A DNA stretch of 64,000 nucleotides from Candidatus Dadabacteria bacterium (lineage in GTDB: Bacteria; Desulfobacterota_D; UBA1144; Nemesobacterales; Mycalebacteriaceae): assembly GCA_026708565.1 (NCBI GenBank), contig JAPOUR010000059.1, positions 24,814-88,813 of the forward strand, given 5' to 3'. Below the pieces are notes generated by a model. The model searched no databases. It saw only the letters and a list, made by a program, of their open reading frames with translations, and had not been told where the DNA came from. Shown piece by piece: positions 36,415-47,338 of this stretch. The first letter of the stretch is position 1; the number at the start of each line of letters is the position of its first letter. The translations under genes and the position numbers were made by a program.

Positions 36415-37506
36415 TCAGTCCCCTTCCTCAAAAAGGGAGGATACGAAACTTTCGGGGTTGAATTCGGCAATGTCGCCCGGTTTTTCCCCCGTTCCCACAT
36501 ACAGCACCGGTATTTCAAACCGCCGCGCAATCGCCACCGCGATGCCGCCCTTGGCTGTTCCGTCTATCTTGGCAAGAACTATCCCGGTTACGCCCGCCGT
36601 CTTGTCAAACATTTCGGTCTGCCGTATTGCGTTCTGCCCCGTAGTGGCGTCAAGAACCAGAATAACCTCGTGAGGCGCGCCGCTTTGCGCCTTGCCGACC
36701 GCTTTTTTTACCGCCGCCAGTTCGTCCATAAGGTTTGTTTTTGTATGAAGCCGCCCGGCGGTGTCTATTATAAGGATGTCGCAGTTTTTCATTCCGGCGG
36801 ATTTCACGGCGTCAAACGCCACGGTGGCCGGGGCGGCTTCCTTGCCCCCGCCGATAAACTCGCTTCCGCTCTCTCGCGCCCACTTTTCAAGTTGCTCCGA
36901 GGCGGCGGCCCTGAAGGTGTCGGCGGCGGCGAGCATGACCTTCCGGCCCCTGCCGCAGAAAAGCGCGGAGAGTTTTCCGGCGGTGGTTGTTTTTCCCGTG
37001 CCGTTCACCCCGACCATCATAATGACCTTAAGACCGCCGGTCTCCGGGCGGTCGGGGGACGCTTTTTGCAGCATTTCCCGAACCTCATCCATCAGGGCGT
37101 TTTTGATTTTCGCGCCGTCCGCAAGGTCTTCGCCTGAAAGCCGCTTTTCAACCCGTTTTCTTATCTCCGCCGCCGTTTCCGCTCCCGTGTCCGCCAGCAC
37201 AAGCGTCTCCTCAAAACTCTCCCACATCCGCTCGTCCATTCCGCCGCCGGAAATTATGTCCGCCAGTCCGGACAGAATACCGGAGCGGCTTTTTTTGAGA
37301 CCCTCCCTGAGGGTGTCCGCAGGGGGGGGCGGCGTTTGCTCTTCCGCCGGTGTTTGGGTGTCTGCGGGCGGCTGCCCGGCGGCGGGGGATGCCTCCGGCG
37401 TTTGCCTGTCCGCCGCCGGGGATTTTTTCAGCGCAATAATCAGGGCGACCGCAACGGCCAGCCCTCCGGCGAGAAACGGAAGAATTGCGAGGATGGCGGT
37501 GTTCAT
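36415..37506 (-). CDS. ftsY: Signal recognition particle receptor FtsY
   Basis: 'MMVGVNGTGKTTTAGKLS', 'LAAADTFRAAASEQL', and 'DTAGRLH' are SRP-GTPase motifs. Confidence 0.9.
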   Translation of the reverse strand: MNTAILAILPFLAGGLAVAVALIIALKKSPAADRQTPEASPAAGQPPADTQTPAEEQTPPPPADTLREGLKKSRSGILSGLADIISGGGMDERMWESFEETLVLADTGAETAAEIRKRVEKRLSGEDLADGAKIKNALMDEVREMLQKASPDRPETGGLKVIMMVGVNGTGKTTTAGKLSALFCGRGRKVMLAAADTFRAAASEQLEKWARESGSEFIGGGKEAAPATVAFDAVKSAGMKNCDILIIDTAGRLHTKTNLMDELAAVKKAVGKAQSGAPHEVILVLDATTGQNAIRQTEMFDKTAGVTGIVLAKIDGTAKGGIAVAIARRFEIPVLYVGTGEKPGDIAEFNPESFVSSLFEEGD

Positions 37507-38228
37507 TTTCGGGAGCCGGTTTTGAATATCGCCTTTCCCGCAAAGAACGGCCCCATCTCCTCAATGTATTGCGAGGTCTGCCTTGTTTTTCTCATCGCCT
37601 GAACCACCGAGGACAGCGGATAAAGATGCCTGCCGAGAAGCCCTATGACGAAGTCATTGTCTTTTTTGTCAACGCCGTGGCACGCAAGGCGAATGTCTTT
37701 TACCAGCCCCGCCTCGCCGTATTTGAAGCCCAGTTTGCCGTGCTCGCCCAGAACAGCCCTCTGCTCGTCGCCGCTCAGGGTTTCAAACCCCTTGGCGCGC
37801 CGCAGCGGATACCACACCGCCCACGGCCAGTCGGGGTCAAGCATTTTCCTTTTCGGGGCGTCCACCAGGGTTTCGTCAAGGTCGCTCTCGTAGCCGAGAG
37901 AGTAGGTTCTGCCGAACATGGAGTATTCGCCCTTCAGGGCAAGGGAGTCAAAAGGCGCGGAGTTCAGAATGTTTCTCAATCCGTCAACGAAGAAGTTTTC
38001 ATCCTCGCTCATAAACAACGTTCCGATGCCGCGCGGGTCGTTCAGGTCGGCGTAGATTACGCAGTCAATTCCGCGCCGCGCCGCCGCCCGCGCCGCCTTT
38101 TGCGGGTCGGGCGCGCCGCCAAAGGCAAGGAACTGGACAAACAGCCGCCTGTCGCTGCGGACGGTCTTTCCGGCCTTTGTCCTTCCGGTCTCGCGGATGT
38201 CAATTTTTGCGCCTTTGCCCCCGTTCAT
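37503..38228 (-). CDS. Hypothetical protein, possibly chlorite dismutase/HemQ-family
   Basis: 241 aa. The C-terminal 'HLYPLSSVVQAMRKTRQTSQYIEEMGPFFAG' weakly resembles Cld/HemQ. No decisive motif. Confidence 0.3.
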   Translation of the reverse strand: MNGGKGAKIDIRETGRTKAGKTVRSDRRLFVQFLAFGGAPDPQKAARAAARRGIDCVIYADLNDPRGIGTLFMSEDENFFVDGLRNILNSAPFDSLALKGEYSMFGRTYSLGYESDLDETLVDAPKRKMLDPDWPWAVWYPLRRAKGFETLSGDEQRAVLGEHGKLGFKYGEAGLVKDIRLACHGVDKKDNDFVIGLLGRHLYPLSSVVQAMRKTRQTSQYIEEMGPFFAGKAIFKTGSRK

Positions 38229-38237
38229 GCCGCCCTC

Positions 38238-38851
38238 TTAAACCACCGCTGATATTTTGGATATCAGGTTGTCTATCTGCGGCGATTTGAGTTTCATCGC
38301 CGCCTTGTTCACAACAAGCCGCGCCGTTATGTCCATTATGGACTCCATCTCAACAAGTTTGTTTTCCCTGATGGTTCTGCCGGTCGCCGTCAGGTCAACG
38401 ATTACGTCCGAAAGCCCCACAACCGGCGCAAGTTCAACCGAGCCGTAAAGTTTAATTATCTCGGCGCGGATGTTTTTCTCCTCAAACCAGTTTCTCGCTA
38501 TGCGCGGATACTTTGTCGCCGCCCGCACCGTGCCGCCGCTCGGGAATTTGTATCCCTCGGAAGCCGCCACTATCATACGGCACTTGCCTATTCCGAGGTC
38601 AAGCGGCTCGTAGAGGTTGTTTTCCCTCTCCATTATGGAGTCCTTGCCGACTATGCCGCAGTCCGTTACGCCGTATTCCACATACGCGGGCACGTCCGTG
38701 GGCCGGACGACAAAAAGCGTGAGCCCGTCCTCTTTGACCTCGTGTATGAGTTTTCTTGATTTCCTCGCGGCTTTTCCCGTTTTGATGCCCGCTTTTGCGA
38801 ACACGTCCAGAGATTCCTCAAACAGCCTTCCCCGCGACACCGCTATCTTTA

Positions 38852-38855
<4 letters not shown>
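38238..38855 (-). CDS. hisG: ATP phosphoribosyltransferase (short form)
   Basis: 'MIKIAVSRGRLFEESL' and 'VRPTDVPAYVEYGVTDCGIVGKD'. Confidence 0.9.
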
Positions 38856-40095
<1,240 letters not shown>

Positions 40096-40108
<13 letters not shown>

Positions 40109-40944
40109 TATCCGGCCACCGTTCTTGTTTTTCCTGCAAGGTCGCGCGCGGTCGTTACGCGCGTAAAACCGCAGAGCCTGAAAATCTCCGCGCAACCGTC
40201 CGCCTGCCCTTCGCCGACCTCAACTATGCAGCGCCCCCCGTTTCTCAGAACGCGCGGGGCTGATGAAATCACCTTCCGTATGTGTTCAAACCCGTTTTCT
40301 CCGCTGACAAGCGCGCCCTCCGGCTCAAAGTCCCTCACTTCGCGGGGCAGGGCTTCAAACTCCCGCTCCGACACATACGGCGGGTTTGAGACCACCATGT
40401 CCGCGCAGTTGTCTTCAAAGGGCGACAGCATATCGCCGGGGGTAAAACTTATATCCGCGGAGTGGGCGCGGGCGTTTCGTTTTGCGACCTCAAGGGCTTC
40501 GGGGGATATGTCGGACGCGCCGACAACCGCGCCGGGCATGTTTTTTTTCAGCGCGACCGCCGCGCAACCGCAGCCTGTTCCTATGTCCAGCGACCGCTCT
40601 CCCGGCGAGAGCATGCGGAGCGCCTCCTCAACAAGCGTTTCCGTCTCCGGGCGCGGTATCAGCACCGCCGGGCTCACCTCAAACCGGAGGGAGAAGAACT
40701 CTTTGAACCCCGTTGTGTAGGCGCACGGCTCGCCGTCCAGCCGTCTCCGGACGCGTGCGGCGCACTCCCGCGCGTCTTTTTCCCCCACCACAGTTTCCGG
40801 CTCGGTGTAAACCGCATGAGGCGGTTTTCCGATGACCGAGCACAGAATGACGGACGCCTCAAGGCCGGGATTTTCCATCCCGCCGCCGCTCATCCGCCGT
40901 CTTGTCGCGCGGTAGAGCGCGCCCAGATTTGTTTGGAGACACAT
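40096..40944 (-). CDS. prmC: Release factor glutamine N5-methyltransferase PrmC/HemK (start approximate)
   Basis: 'VLIPRPETE', 'DIGTGCGCAAVAL', and the 'VVSNPPY' NPPY motif. Confidence 0.8.
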
Positions 40945-41032
40945 AGTTGGAAAGCCGGAGATGAATTGTATATGCGGCCAAAGCCTTTTCAAAACTGCGG
41001 CGGGCAAAGCCGGGGGCTGGTAAAATAGGTTT

Positions 41033-41713
41033 GTGGCCGCCGTTGAAGAGAACATCGCGCTCGTGAGGGAAAGAGTAAAGTCCGCCGCCCGCCGCGCGGG
41101 GCGGAAAGAGGGCGATGTGCTGCTTGTCGCCGTGAGCAAAACGGTCGCCCCGGAGGTCGCCGTCCGGGCGGCGCGGCTGTGCCATCTCGGAGAGAATTAC
41201 GCTCAGGAGTTCAGGGATAAACTGGCCTTTTTCAATAGCGCGGAGGCGCGCGCGGACTGGCATTTCGTGGGGCGGCTTCAGAAAAACAAGGTAAAGTATG
41301 TTGTCGGCAACTGCGTTTTGATACACTCGGTTGACAGCCCCGGCCTTGCCGCCGGTATAAATAAAAGGGCTGAGGCCCTGGGCGTGGAGGCGCAAGTTTT
41401 GATCGAGGTCAATCAGGACAGCCCGGCAAAGGGGGGCGTGAGGCCGGAGGAGGCGCGGGCGCTCTTTGATGCGGTTGACGGGCTCGGCAACGTCCGGGCG
41501 CGCGGGCTTATGTCCATGCCGCCGCAAGCGGACAACCCGGAGGATTCAAGACGTTATTTCAGGGAGATGAGAGATTTGAGGGACACACTTGCCGCCGATT
41601 TTCCGGACGCGCGCGAACTCTCCATGGGGATGAGCGCGGATTTTGAGACCGCGATAGAGGAGGGCGCCACCATAGTGCGGGTGGGCTCGCTGATATTCGG
41701 GGAGAGGGCATGA
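41033..41713 (+). CDS. yggS: YggS-family PLP homeostasis protein
   Basis: 'LVAVSKT' (PLP lysine), 'HFVGRLQKNKVKYV', and 'IHSVDS'. Confidence 0.9.
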   Translation: MAAVEENIALVRERVKSAARRAGRKEGDVLLVAVSKTVAPEVAVRAARLCHLGENYAQEFRDKLAFFNSAEARADWHFVGRLQKNKVKYVVGNCVLIHSVDSPGLAAGINKRAEALGVEAQVLIEVNQDSPAKGGVRPEEARALFDAVDGLGNVRARGLMSMPPQADNPEDSRRYFREMRDLRDTLAADFPDARELSMGMSADFETAIEEGATIVRVGSLIFGERA

Positions 41714-42528
41714 GCACGGCGGACATTGCTTTTATCGGCGCGGGAAAGATGGCCGAGTCTCTCATAGGCGGCGCTGTCAGGGCGGGGGCTTTCTCCGCCG
41801 CCCGCATGGTCATCAGCGACACAGACCCCCGGCGGCTTGCCGAGGTGGGTGAAAAATACGGGGTTGCCGCCGCGCCGGACAATGTTGCGGCGGCGGCGGC
41901 GGCGGATTGCGTGGTACTGGCAGTAAAACCGCAGGACATGGACGCCGCCCTGTCGGACGTGAGCCGCGCCGGGCGCGGGGCGGACGCGGTTTTTGTCTCC
42001 ATCGCCGCGGGCGTGAAGGTGGCGCGCATAAGGTCGGCTCTGGGCGCGGAGTGCGCGGTTTTCAGGGCGATGCCGAACCTGCCGGTTACGGTGGGGGAGG
42101 GGGCGTGCGTGGTTTGCGGCGAAGGCGGGCGGGATGACATTGAGACGGTGGGCAGGCTGTTCGGCTCATCGGGTGTGGTGGAGTTTGTTGACGAGGGGCT
42201 GATGGATGCGTTTACGGCGCTGTCGGGCAGCGGTCCCGGATTTGTGGCGGCGTTTGCCGAATCTCTCGCCGCCGCCGCGGAAAAACTCGGCATAAACCGC
42301 CGGACGGCGGAGCGCTTTGCGGTTCAGACGGTTTTCGGCGCCGCCGCCATGATGAAGGCCGGAACTCCGCCGGACGGCTTGAGGGAGATGGTAACCTCGC
42401 CCGGAGGGACTACTGCGGCGGGGCTTTCCGCGCTTGAGCGGGGCGGCTTTTCCGCCGCCGTTGAAAGCGCGCTTGCCGCCGCCCGCCGCCGCGCGGAGGA
42501 ACTGTCTTCACAGGGAGGGAAAAAATGA
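41710..42528 (+). CDS. proC: Pyrroline-5-carboxylate reductase
   Basis: 'IAFIGAGKMAESLIGG' and 'MVTSPGGTTAAGL'. Confidence 0.9.
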   Translation: MSTADIAFIGAGKMAESLIGGAVRAGAFSAARMVISDTDPRRLAEVGEKYGVAAAPDNVAAAAAADCVVLAVKPQDMDAALSDVSRAGRGADAVFVSIAAGVKVARIRSALGAECAVFRAMPNLPVTVGEGACVVCGEGGRDDIETVGRLFGSSGVVEFVDEGLMDAFTALSGSGPGFVAAFAESLAAAAEKLGINRRTAERFAVQTVFGAAAMMKAGTPPDGLREMVTSPGGTTAAGLSALERGGFSAAVESALAAARRRAEELSSQGGKK

Positions 42529-42818
42529 TGATTGCGCAAAACACGGTCATGGCGCTTGCCGAGGTTGTCGGGCTGATACTGCAAATTTACTTGTGGCTCA
42601 TAGTCGGTCGCGCCATTATCTCATGGGTTGACCCCAACCCCTACAATCCCATAGTGAGGTTTGTTTATTCGGCGACCGAGCCCGTCCTTGAGCAGGCGCG
42701 GCGCATTATTCCGCCCCTCGGCGGGATAGACCTCTCCCCCATAGCCGTGCTGCTGCTCATCATCTTTCTGAGAAACCTGATTGTGAACTCCCTTTACGAC
42801 TTCGCAAGCCGGTTGTAA
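42525..42818 (+). CDS. yggT: YggT-family membrane protein
   Basis: 97 aa with 'WLIVGRAIISWV' and 'GGIDLSPIAVLLLI'. Confidence 0.8.
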   Translation: MMIAQNTVMALAEVVGLILQIYLWLIVGRAIISWVDPNPYNPIVRFVYSATEPVLEQARRIIPPLGGIDLSPIAVLLLIIFLRNLIVNSLYDFASRL

Positions 42819-42824
42819 TTTGCC

Positions 42825-43598
42825 ATGCCCCGGATACGGATTGGCGCAGACTCCATAAACTACGAGGCTTCAGGCCCCGCTCCGCTTGAGGGGCGGTGCG
42901 TTGTGATGATTCACGGCGCGGGGCAGGGCGCGGCATGCTGGGAGAATCAGCTTGAAGCGCTCAAACTCCGGGGGCGCTTTCCCTCGGCGGCGGTTGACCT
43001 GCCCGGACACGGGCGTTCGGGCGGTCGCGCGATGGATTCAATGGAGGGCTATGCGGATTTTGTCAAAAAATTCTGCGGGGCGGCGGGAATTACAAATCCG
43101 GTTCTCATCGGGCATTCAATGGGGGGAAGGATAGCCCAGCTCCTCGCTCTGGACGGCGGGGTGAGCCCGTCGGGGTGTTTGTTTGCCGCCACGGGAACGC
43201 GCATAAGGGTCTCGCGCTGGTCTCTAAAAACCGTGCTTGCGGACTACCGGACTTTTTGCGAGACTGCGGCGCAAAACGCTTTCGGCCCCGGCGCTCCGGC
43301 GGGCGTCCGGGAGGTTTTTCTCAAGAGATTGCTTTCAACCCCCGCCGACACCAGCCACAGAGACCTGCTCGCGTGCGACGGCTTTGACGCCTCGGAGTCC
43401 GCGGGCCGCATAGATGTTCCCTCCGTGATAGTTGCCGGCGGGCTGGACACGCTCACACCGGCAAAGCATACAAACGCCCTGCGCCGCCACATAAGGGGGT
43501 CAAAACTTTTCGTCATTGAGGATGCGGGGCATTTTATGATGATGGAGAGGCCGGACGCCTTTAACAAGATAATGATTGACTTTTTGAACCTGCTTTAG
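42825..43598 (+). CDS. Alpha/beta-fold hydrolase
   Basis: 'VVMIHGAGQGAACW', nucleophile elbow 'GHSMGG', and 'DAGHFMMME'. Confidence 0.8.
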   Translation: MPRIRIGADSINYEASGPAPLEGRCVVMIHGAGQGAACWENQLEALKLRGRFPSAAVDLPGHGRSGGRAMDSMEGYADFVKKFCGAAGITNPVLIGHSMGGRIAQLLALDGGVSPSGCLFAATGTRIRVSRWSLKTVLADYRTFCETAAQNAFGPGAPAGVREVFLKRLLSTPADTSHRDLLACDGFDASESAGRIDVPSVIVAGGLDTLTPAKHTNALRRHIRGSKLFVIEDAGHFMMMERPDAFNKIMIDFLNLL

Positions 43599-43670
43599 GC
43601 CGGGGGCTTTTGCGGCGGCGGTTTGTTTGTTACAATAAGCGCCTACTTCAGCAGTCAGGAGGGACTCAAT

Positions 43671-44330
43671 ATGAAAATTTCTCTTTTGGGAGGCACGGGC
43701 GACATAGCCGAGGGGCTGGTTCTCAGGTGGTCAAAGGCCGGGCATGAGATTTTTGTCGGCTCAAGAAGCAAGGAAAAGGCGGACACCATAACCGCCGGTT
43801 ATGTGGAAAAACTGAACTCTCTGGGCGTAACGCCGAGGGTTGTCGGGATGGAAAACGCCGAAGCCGCGGCAAGTTCCGAGGTTGTGGTCATAAGCATTCC
43901 GCCCGAATACGCCGCAGACACAATAGCGGGGCTTGGCGGGAGCATAACAGACCAGATAGTGGTAACGCCCGTTGTGCCGATGGCGAAAGAGGGAAAGACT
44001 TTTCTGTTTGTCCCGCCGCCTCAGGGCTCGTCTGCTCTTGAGATAAAGGAAAAACTTCCGCCGACCGCGCGTCTTGTTTCCGCGTATCACAACCTTCCGG
44101 CGAAGGGGCTCAGCAATCTGGACAAAGACCTTGACGCCGATGTTGTCATTTGCGGTGATGATGAAGAGGCCAAAGCGGTGGTTGCCAAACTCACCGAAGA
44201 CCTGTCGGGACTGAGAACCCTTGATGCCGGGGCGCTTGAAGTGTCGCCGATGATAGAGGCGATCACCCCGCTGATAGTCAATCTCAACATACGCCACAAG
44301 AAGCACTTCTCCGTGAAGTTTGTGGATTGA
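43671..44330 (+). CDS. NADPH-dependent F420 reductase-like / ProC-like Rossmann oxidoreductase
   Basis: 'MKISLLGGTGDIAEGLVLRWSKAGHEIFVGSRS'. Confidence 0.6.
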   Translation: MKISLLGGTGDIAEGLVLRWSKAGHEIFVGSRSKEKADTITAGYVEKLNSLGVTPRVVGMENAEAAASSEVVVISIPPEYAADTIAGLGGSITDQIVVTPVVPMAKEGKTFLFVPPPQGSSALEIKEKLPPTARLVSAYHNLPAKGLSNLDKDLDADVVICGDDEEAKAVVAKLTEDLSGLRTLDAGALEVSPMIEAITPLIVNLNIRHKKHFSVKFVD

Positions 44331-44337
44331 CGCGGGG

Positions 44338-44754
44338 CTATCCGCTAATCCGCACGACAATCTCGCGCGTTCTGGGGCGGTTGTCAAAGTCAACAAGCAC
44401 GATTTGCTGCCATGTTCCCAGAAGCAGGCGCGCCCCTGCGACCGGCACGGACAGGGACGCTCCCAGAATCGCCGCCCTCACATGCGAGTGGCCGTTGCCG
44501 TCTCCCCAGCGGGCGTTATGGGCGTAGGGAATATCTTCGGGGCACATGCGCTCAAACGCGTCTTTGAGGTCGGCAACCGCTCCGCTTTCAAACTCTATGG
44601 TGGTAATCCCCGCCGTTGAGCCCGGCACGAAAACGGTCGCAAGCCCGTCTTTGACCCCGAAACTCCTGACGATTTCCTCAACATCGGGGGTGATGTCAAC
44701 AATGTCCGTGTTGCCGCGGCTTGAAACTGAAAACGACTTTGTGAGTTGCGTCAT
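44338..44754 (-). CDS. yjbQ: YjbQ/UPF0047 secondary thiamine-phosphate synthase
   Basis: 'DITPDVEEIV...TVFVPGSTAGITTIEFE' and 'GHSHVRAAILG'. Confidence 0.85.
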   Translation of the reverse strand: MTQLTKSFSVSSRGNTDIVDITPDVEEIVRSFGVKDGLATVFVPGSTAGITTIEFESGAVADLKDAFERMCPEDIPYAHNARWGDGNGHSHVRAAILGASLSVPVAGARLLLGTWQQIVLVDFDNRPRTREIVVRISG

Positions 44755-44807
44755 TTTTTGCTCCTCCGGTGATTGTATGTTTAATTCTACTCTGAACGGA
44801 GGGCTTT

Positions 44808-45890
44808 ATGGCTACAAAGAAAGAAATTGAGCAGACCGAGGCGTTGCTTGCCGAACTCACCGAAGCGGGCGGCGTGGCGGGTTACGAGCGGGAGATTTCC
44901 GCAGTTCTCAGAAAGCATTTTGACAGGTTCGGGGCGGTTTCAAGCGACAGGATGGGCAGTCTTATATGCGCGGCGCGCGGCGCTCCGGAGTCGCCCAGGG
45001 TGATGCTGGCGAGTCACATGGATGAGATCGGCTTTATGATTCGCGCCGTCACGCCGGACGGGTTTTTGAAGTTCACGCCGCTCGGCGGCTGGTGGGATCA
45101 GGTTCTTCTCGCCCAGCGCGTCCTTATCAAGACCTCAAAGGGCGAGGTTGAGGGCGTCATAGGGGCAAAGCCGCCCCACCTTATACCGCAGGAAGACCGG
45201 AGCAAGATGGTGCAGAAAAAGAGCATGTATATAGACATCGGCGCGTCATCGGACAAAGAGGTTGAGAAAGCGGGCGTGAGGGTGGGAGACCCGGCTGTTC
45301 CGGTAAGCGGTTTCACAAAACTTGCGATTGATGGGGTGTATATGGCAAAGGCGTTTGATGACAGGGTGGGGTGCGCCGCGCTGATATCCGCTCTCGGCAG
45401 GTTGAAAAAGCCCCCGTGCGCGGTTTACGGGGTGGCCACCGTTCAGGAGGAGGTGGGCATTCGCGGGGCGACAACAAGCGCCCGCGCGGTTGACCCGGAT
45501 GCGGCAATCATACTTGAATCGGACATTTCCGGCGATGTTCCGGGGATAAGCAATGAGGAGTCGTCCACAAAACTGGGCGGCGGCCCCTCGCTTCTGCTTT
45601 ACGATGCGAGGATGATACCGAATCTCAAACTGCGCGACCTTGTGGTAAGCACGGCGAAAAAGGCGAAGATTCCTCTTCAGTTTGCCTCAATGGAAGGGGG
45701 CGCAACGGACGGCGGGGCGATACACTTGCACAAGCAGGGAGTTCCGACAGTCGTTCTCGGCGTTCCGACCCGGCACATACACAGTCACAACTCAATCATT
45801 CAGAGGAAGGACTTTGAGAACACTGTTAAGTTGGTTGTGGAAGTGGTGAAGAGGCTGGATAAGAAGATGGTTGACGGGCTTGCGGGGTGA
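44808..45890 (+). CDS. M42-family aminopeptidase (FrvX/PepA-like)
   Basis: 'HMDEIGFMI', 'AFDDRVGCAA', and 'QEEVGIRGA'. Confidence 0.85.
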   Translation: MATKKEIEQTEALLAELTEAGGVAGYEREISAVLRKHFDRFGAVSSDRMGSLICAARGAPESPRVMLASHMDEIGFMIRAVTPDGFLKFTPLGGWWDQVLLAQRVLIKTSKGEVEGVIGAKPPHLIPQEDRSKMVQKKSMYIDIGASSDKEVEKAGVRVGDPAVPVSGFTKLAIDGVYMAKAFDDRVGCAALISALGRLKKPPCAVYGVATVQEEVGIRGATTSARAVDPDAAIILESDISGDVPGISNEESSTKLGGGPSLLLYDARMIPNLKLRDLVVSTAKKAKIPLQFASMEGGATDGGAIHLHKQGVPTVVLGVPTRHIHSHNSIIQRKDFENTVKLVVEVVKRLDKKMVDGLAG

Positions 45891-45933
45891 GGGTGGTCCG
45901 TTACAATGGGGCTTGCTTTCTGGTTGAGTTGTT

Positions 45934-46869
45934 ATGAGTTATGAAGCGGAACAACTTCAAAGATACAATATGCCTTCTCGGAAGGATATGGAAGAATCTT
46001 TGCTCAAAGCGATTTTCAACAATAACGGAGTTATAAGAGAATTCGGTTCAAGGGAGAGTGTAGTTGAAGAACTTGCTGATGAGTTTCATTTGAGCAAAGA
46101 GCAAAGAACCGCTTTTCTGGAAACAGTTTACAGAAAGGAAAACAGGGTGAAAAAACCAAATCTTTGGCACCGACTGTTATTTCGGGTAGCTAATAACTTG
46201 GCGGAGAGAAAATTTTTGTCCAGACCTACTCAGACTTTGAAGCTAACCAATAAAAAAGAATGGATGCTCACAGAGAAAGGTTTTGATAAGGTATTGAAAG
46301 TAATGGGAATGTCGGTCGAACATAAAGAAGACCTTCTTGTTAAATCTTTTGAAGTTGAAACATTTGCCAGAAAGTTAAAGAAAAAGAGCAAACCTACAAA
46401 CTACAATCCTATAGGTGGAAAAAAGGAAGCGAAACAGTCACAAAGACTTATGAAAATAAGAAACAGAGGATTTAGACAGGCTGTTATTGAAGCATACGAC
46501 TATAAGTGTGCTGTTTGCGGTTTGAAAATTTGTTCTCCAGCAAGCCACCAATGGGAAGTGGAAGCCGCCCATATAGTTCCTCATGGTTTTAATGGAAAAG
46601 ATGACATCTGGAATGGTTTGTCTCTTTGCCGTTTTCATCATTGGTCTTTTGATGTTGGTTGGTACAGTTTTGATGAAAAATTTAATTTGGTTGTCTCTGG
46701 CAAGCTGGGAGATCTTCCCGATGATATGGGAAAGATTTGGAATTACGGGTTGTTAAAACAACTCTCAGCAAATAAAGATGGTGTGCAGCTTCCAAGGCAA
46801 TCGAAGTTGTGGCCGGATTTGAATGCGGTCAAGTGGCATAGGGAAAATGTTTTTGGAGGGTGTGGTTAG
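45934..46869 (+). CDS. HNH_2-type nuclease with an N-terminal non-catalytic domain (restriction-like). The gene is AT-rich.
   Basis: 'YDYKCAVCGL…EAAHIVPHGFNGKDDIWNGLSLCRFHHWSFD' is the His-Asn-His ββα-Me signature with a flanking CxxC…C/H zinc site. Confidence 0.75.
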   Translation: MSYEAEQLQRYNMPSRKDMEESLLKAIFNNNGVIREFGSRESVVEELADEFHLSKEQRTAFLETVYRKENRVKKPNLWHRLLFRVANNLAERKFLSRPTQTLKLTNKKEWMLTEKGFDKVLKVMGMSVEHKEDLLVKSFEVETFARKLKKKSKPTNYNPIGGKKEAKQSQRLMKIRNRGFRQAVIEAYDYKCAVCGLKICSPASHQWEVEAAHIVPHGFNGKDDIWNGLSLCRFHHWSFDVGWYSFDEKFNLVVSGKLGDLPDDMGKIWNYGLLKQLSANKDGVQLPRQSKLWPDLNAVKWHRENVFGGCG

Positions 46870-46916
46870 AATGAAAGCACATACAAATTTCATCAGTCAA
46901 GGGATGGGTTCAGATT

Positions 46917-47111
46917 ATGGTCAAACGACAGAGAAGTGAAAAAAGAATCATCTATTCCATCAATGTGGAAGATATTCAGACTGTTGCGGACGAAGTTTTG
47001 AAAAGGCCGTTAACAGAAGCAGAAATTGCGAAAATAGAGGACGCTGTTGGAGAAAACGTCTCTTGGTTTGATGCAATTGAACAGGCTATGATTGATAACA
47101 AATTAGTTTGA
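46917..47111 (+). CDS. Small hypothetical protein (64 aa) downstream of the HNH nuclease
   Basis: RBS AAGGGA is 8 nt upstream of ATG. The gene is AT-rich and has the same orientation as the HNH gene. No recognisable motif. Confidence 0.4.
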   Translation: MVKRQRSEKRIIYSINVEDIQTVADEVLKRPLTEAEIAKIEDAVGENVSWFDAIEQAMIDNKLV

Positions 47112-47338
47112 TTGATGCCCTGCTTCCGCTTATTTCTTTCCCTCAAACGCCGCTTCTTCCCGTATGGTACTCCCCCGACCGGTTCTCCCAAGTAAAGCGT
47201 CTCTCCCTTCTCAACCGCCACACACTCGCCGAGTCCAGCGTGTTTCTCAAACTCGCTATCATCCTCGCAGAAATAAACCTTCCTTCAACTGTGGCAACAT
47301 CGTAAAATAGTCTTGACCATTTTACGACATTGCTTAAA

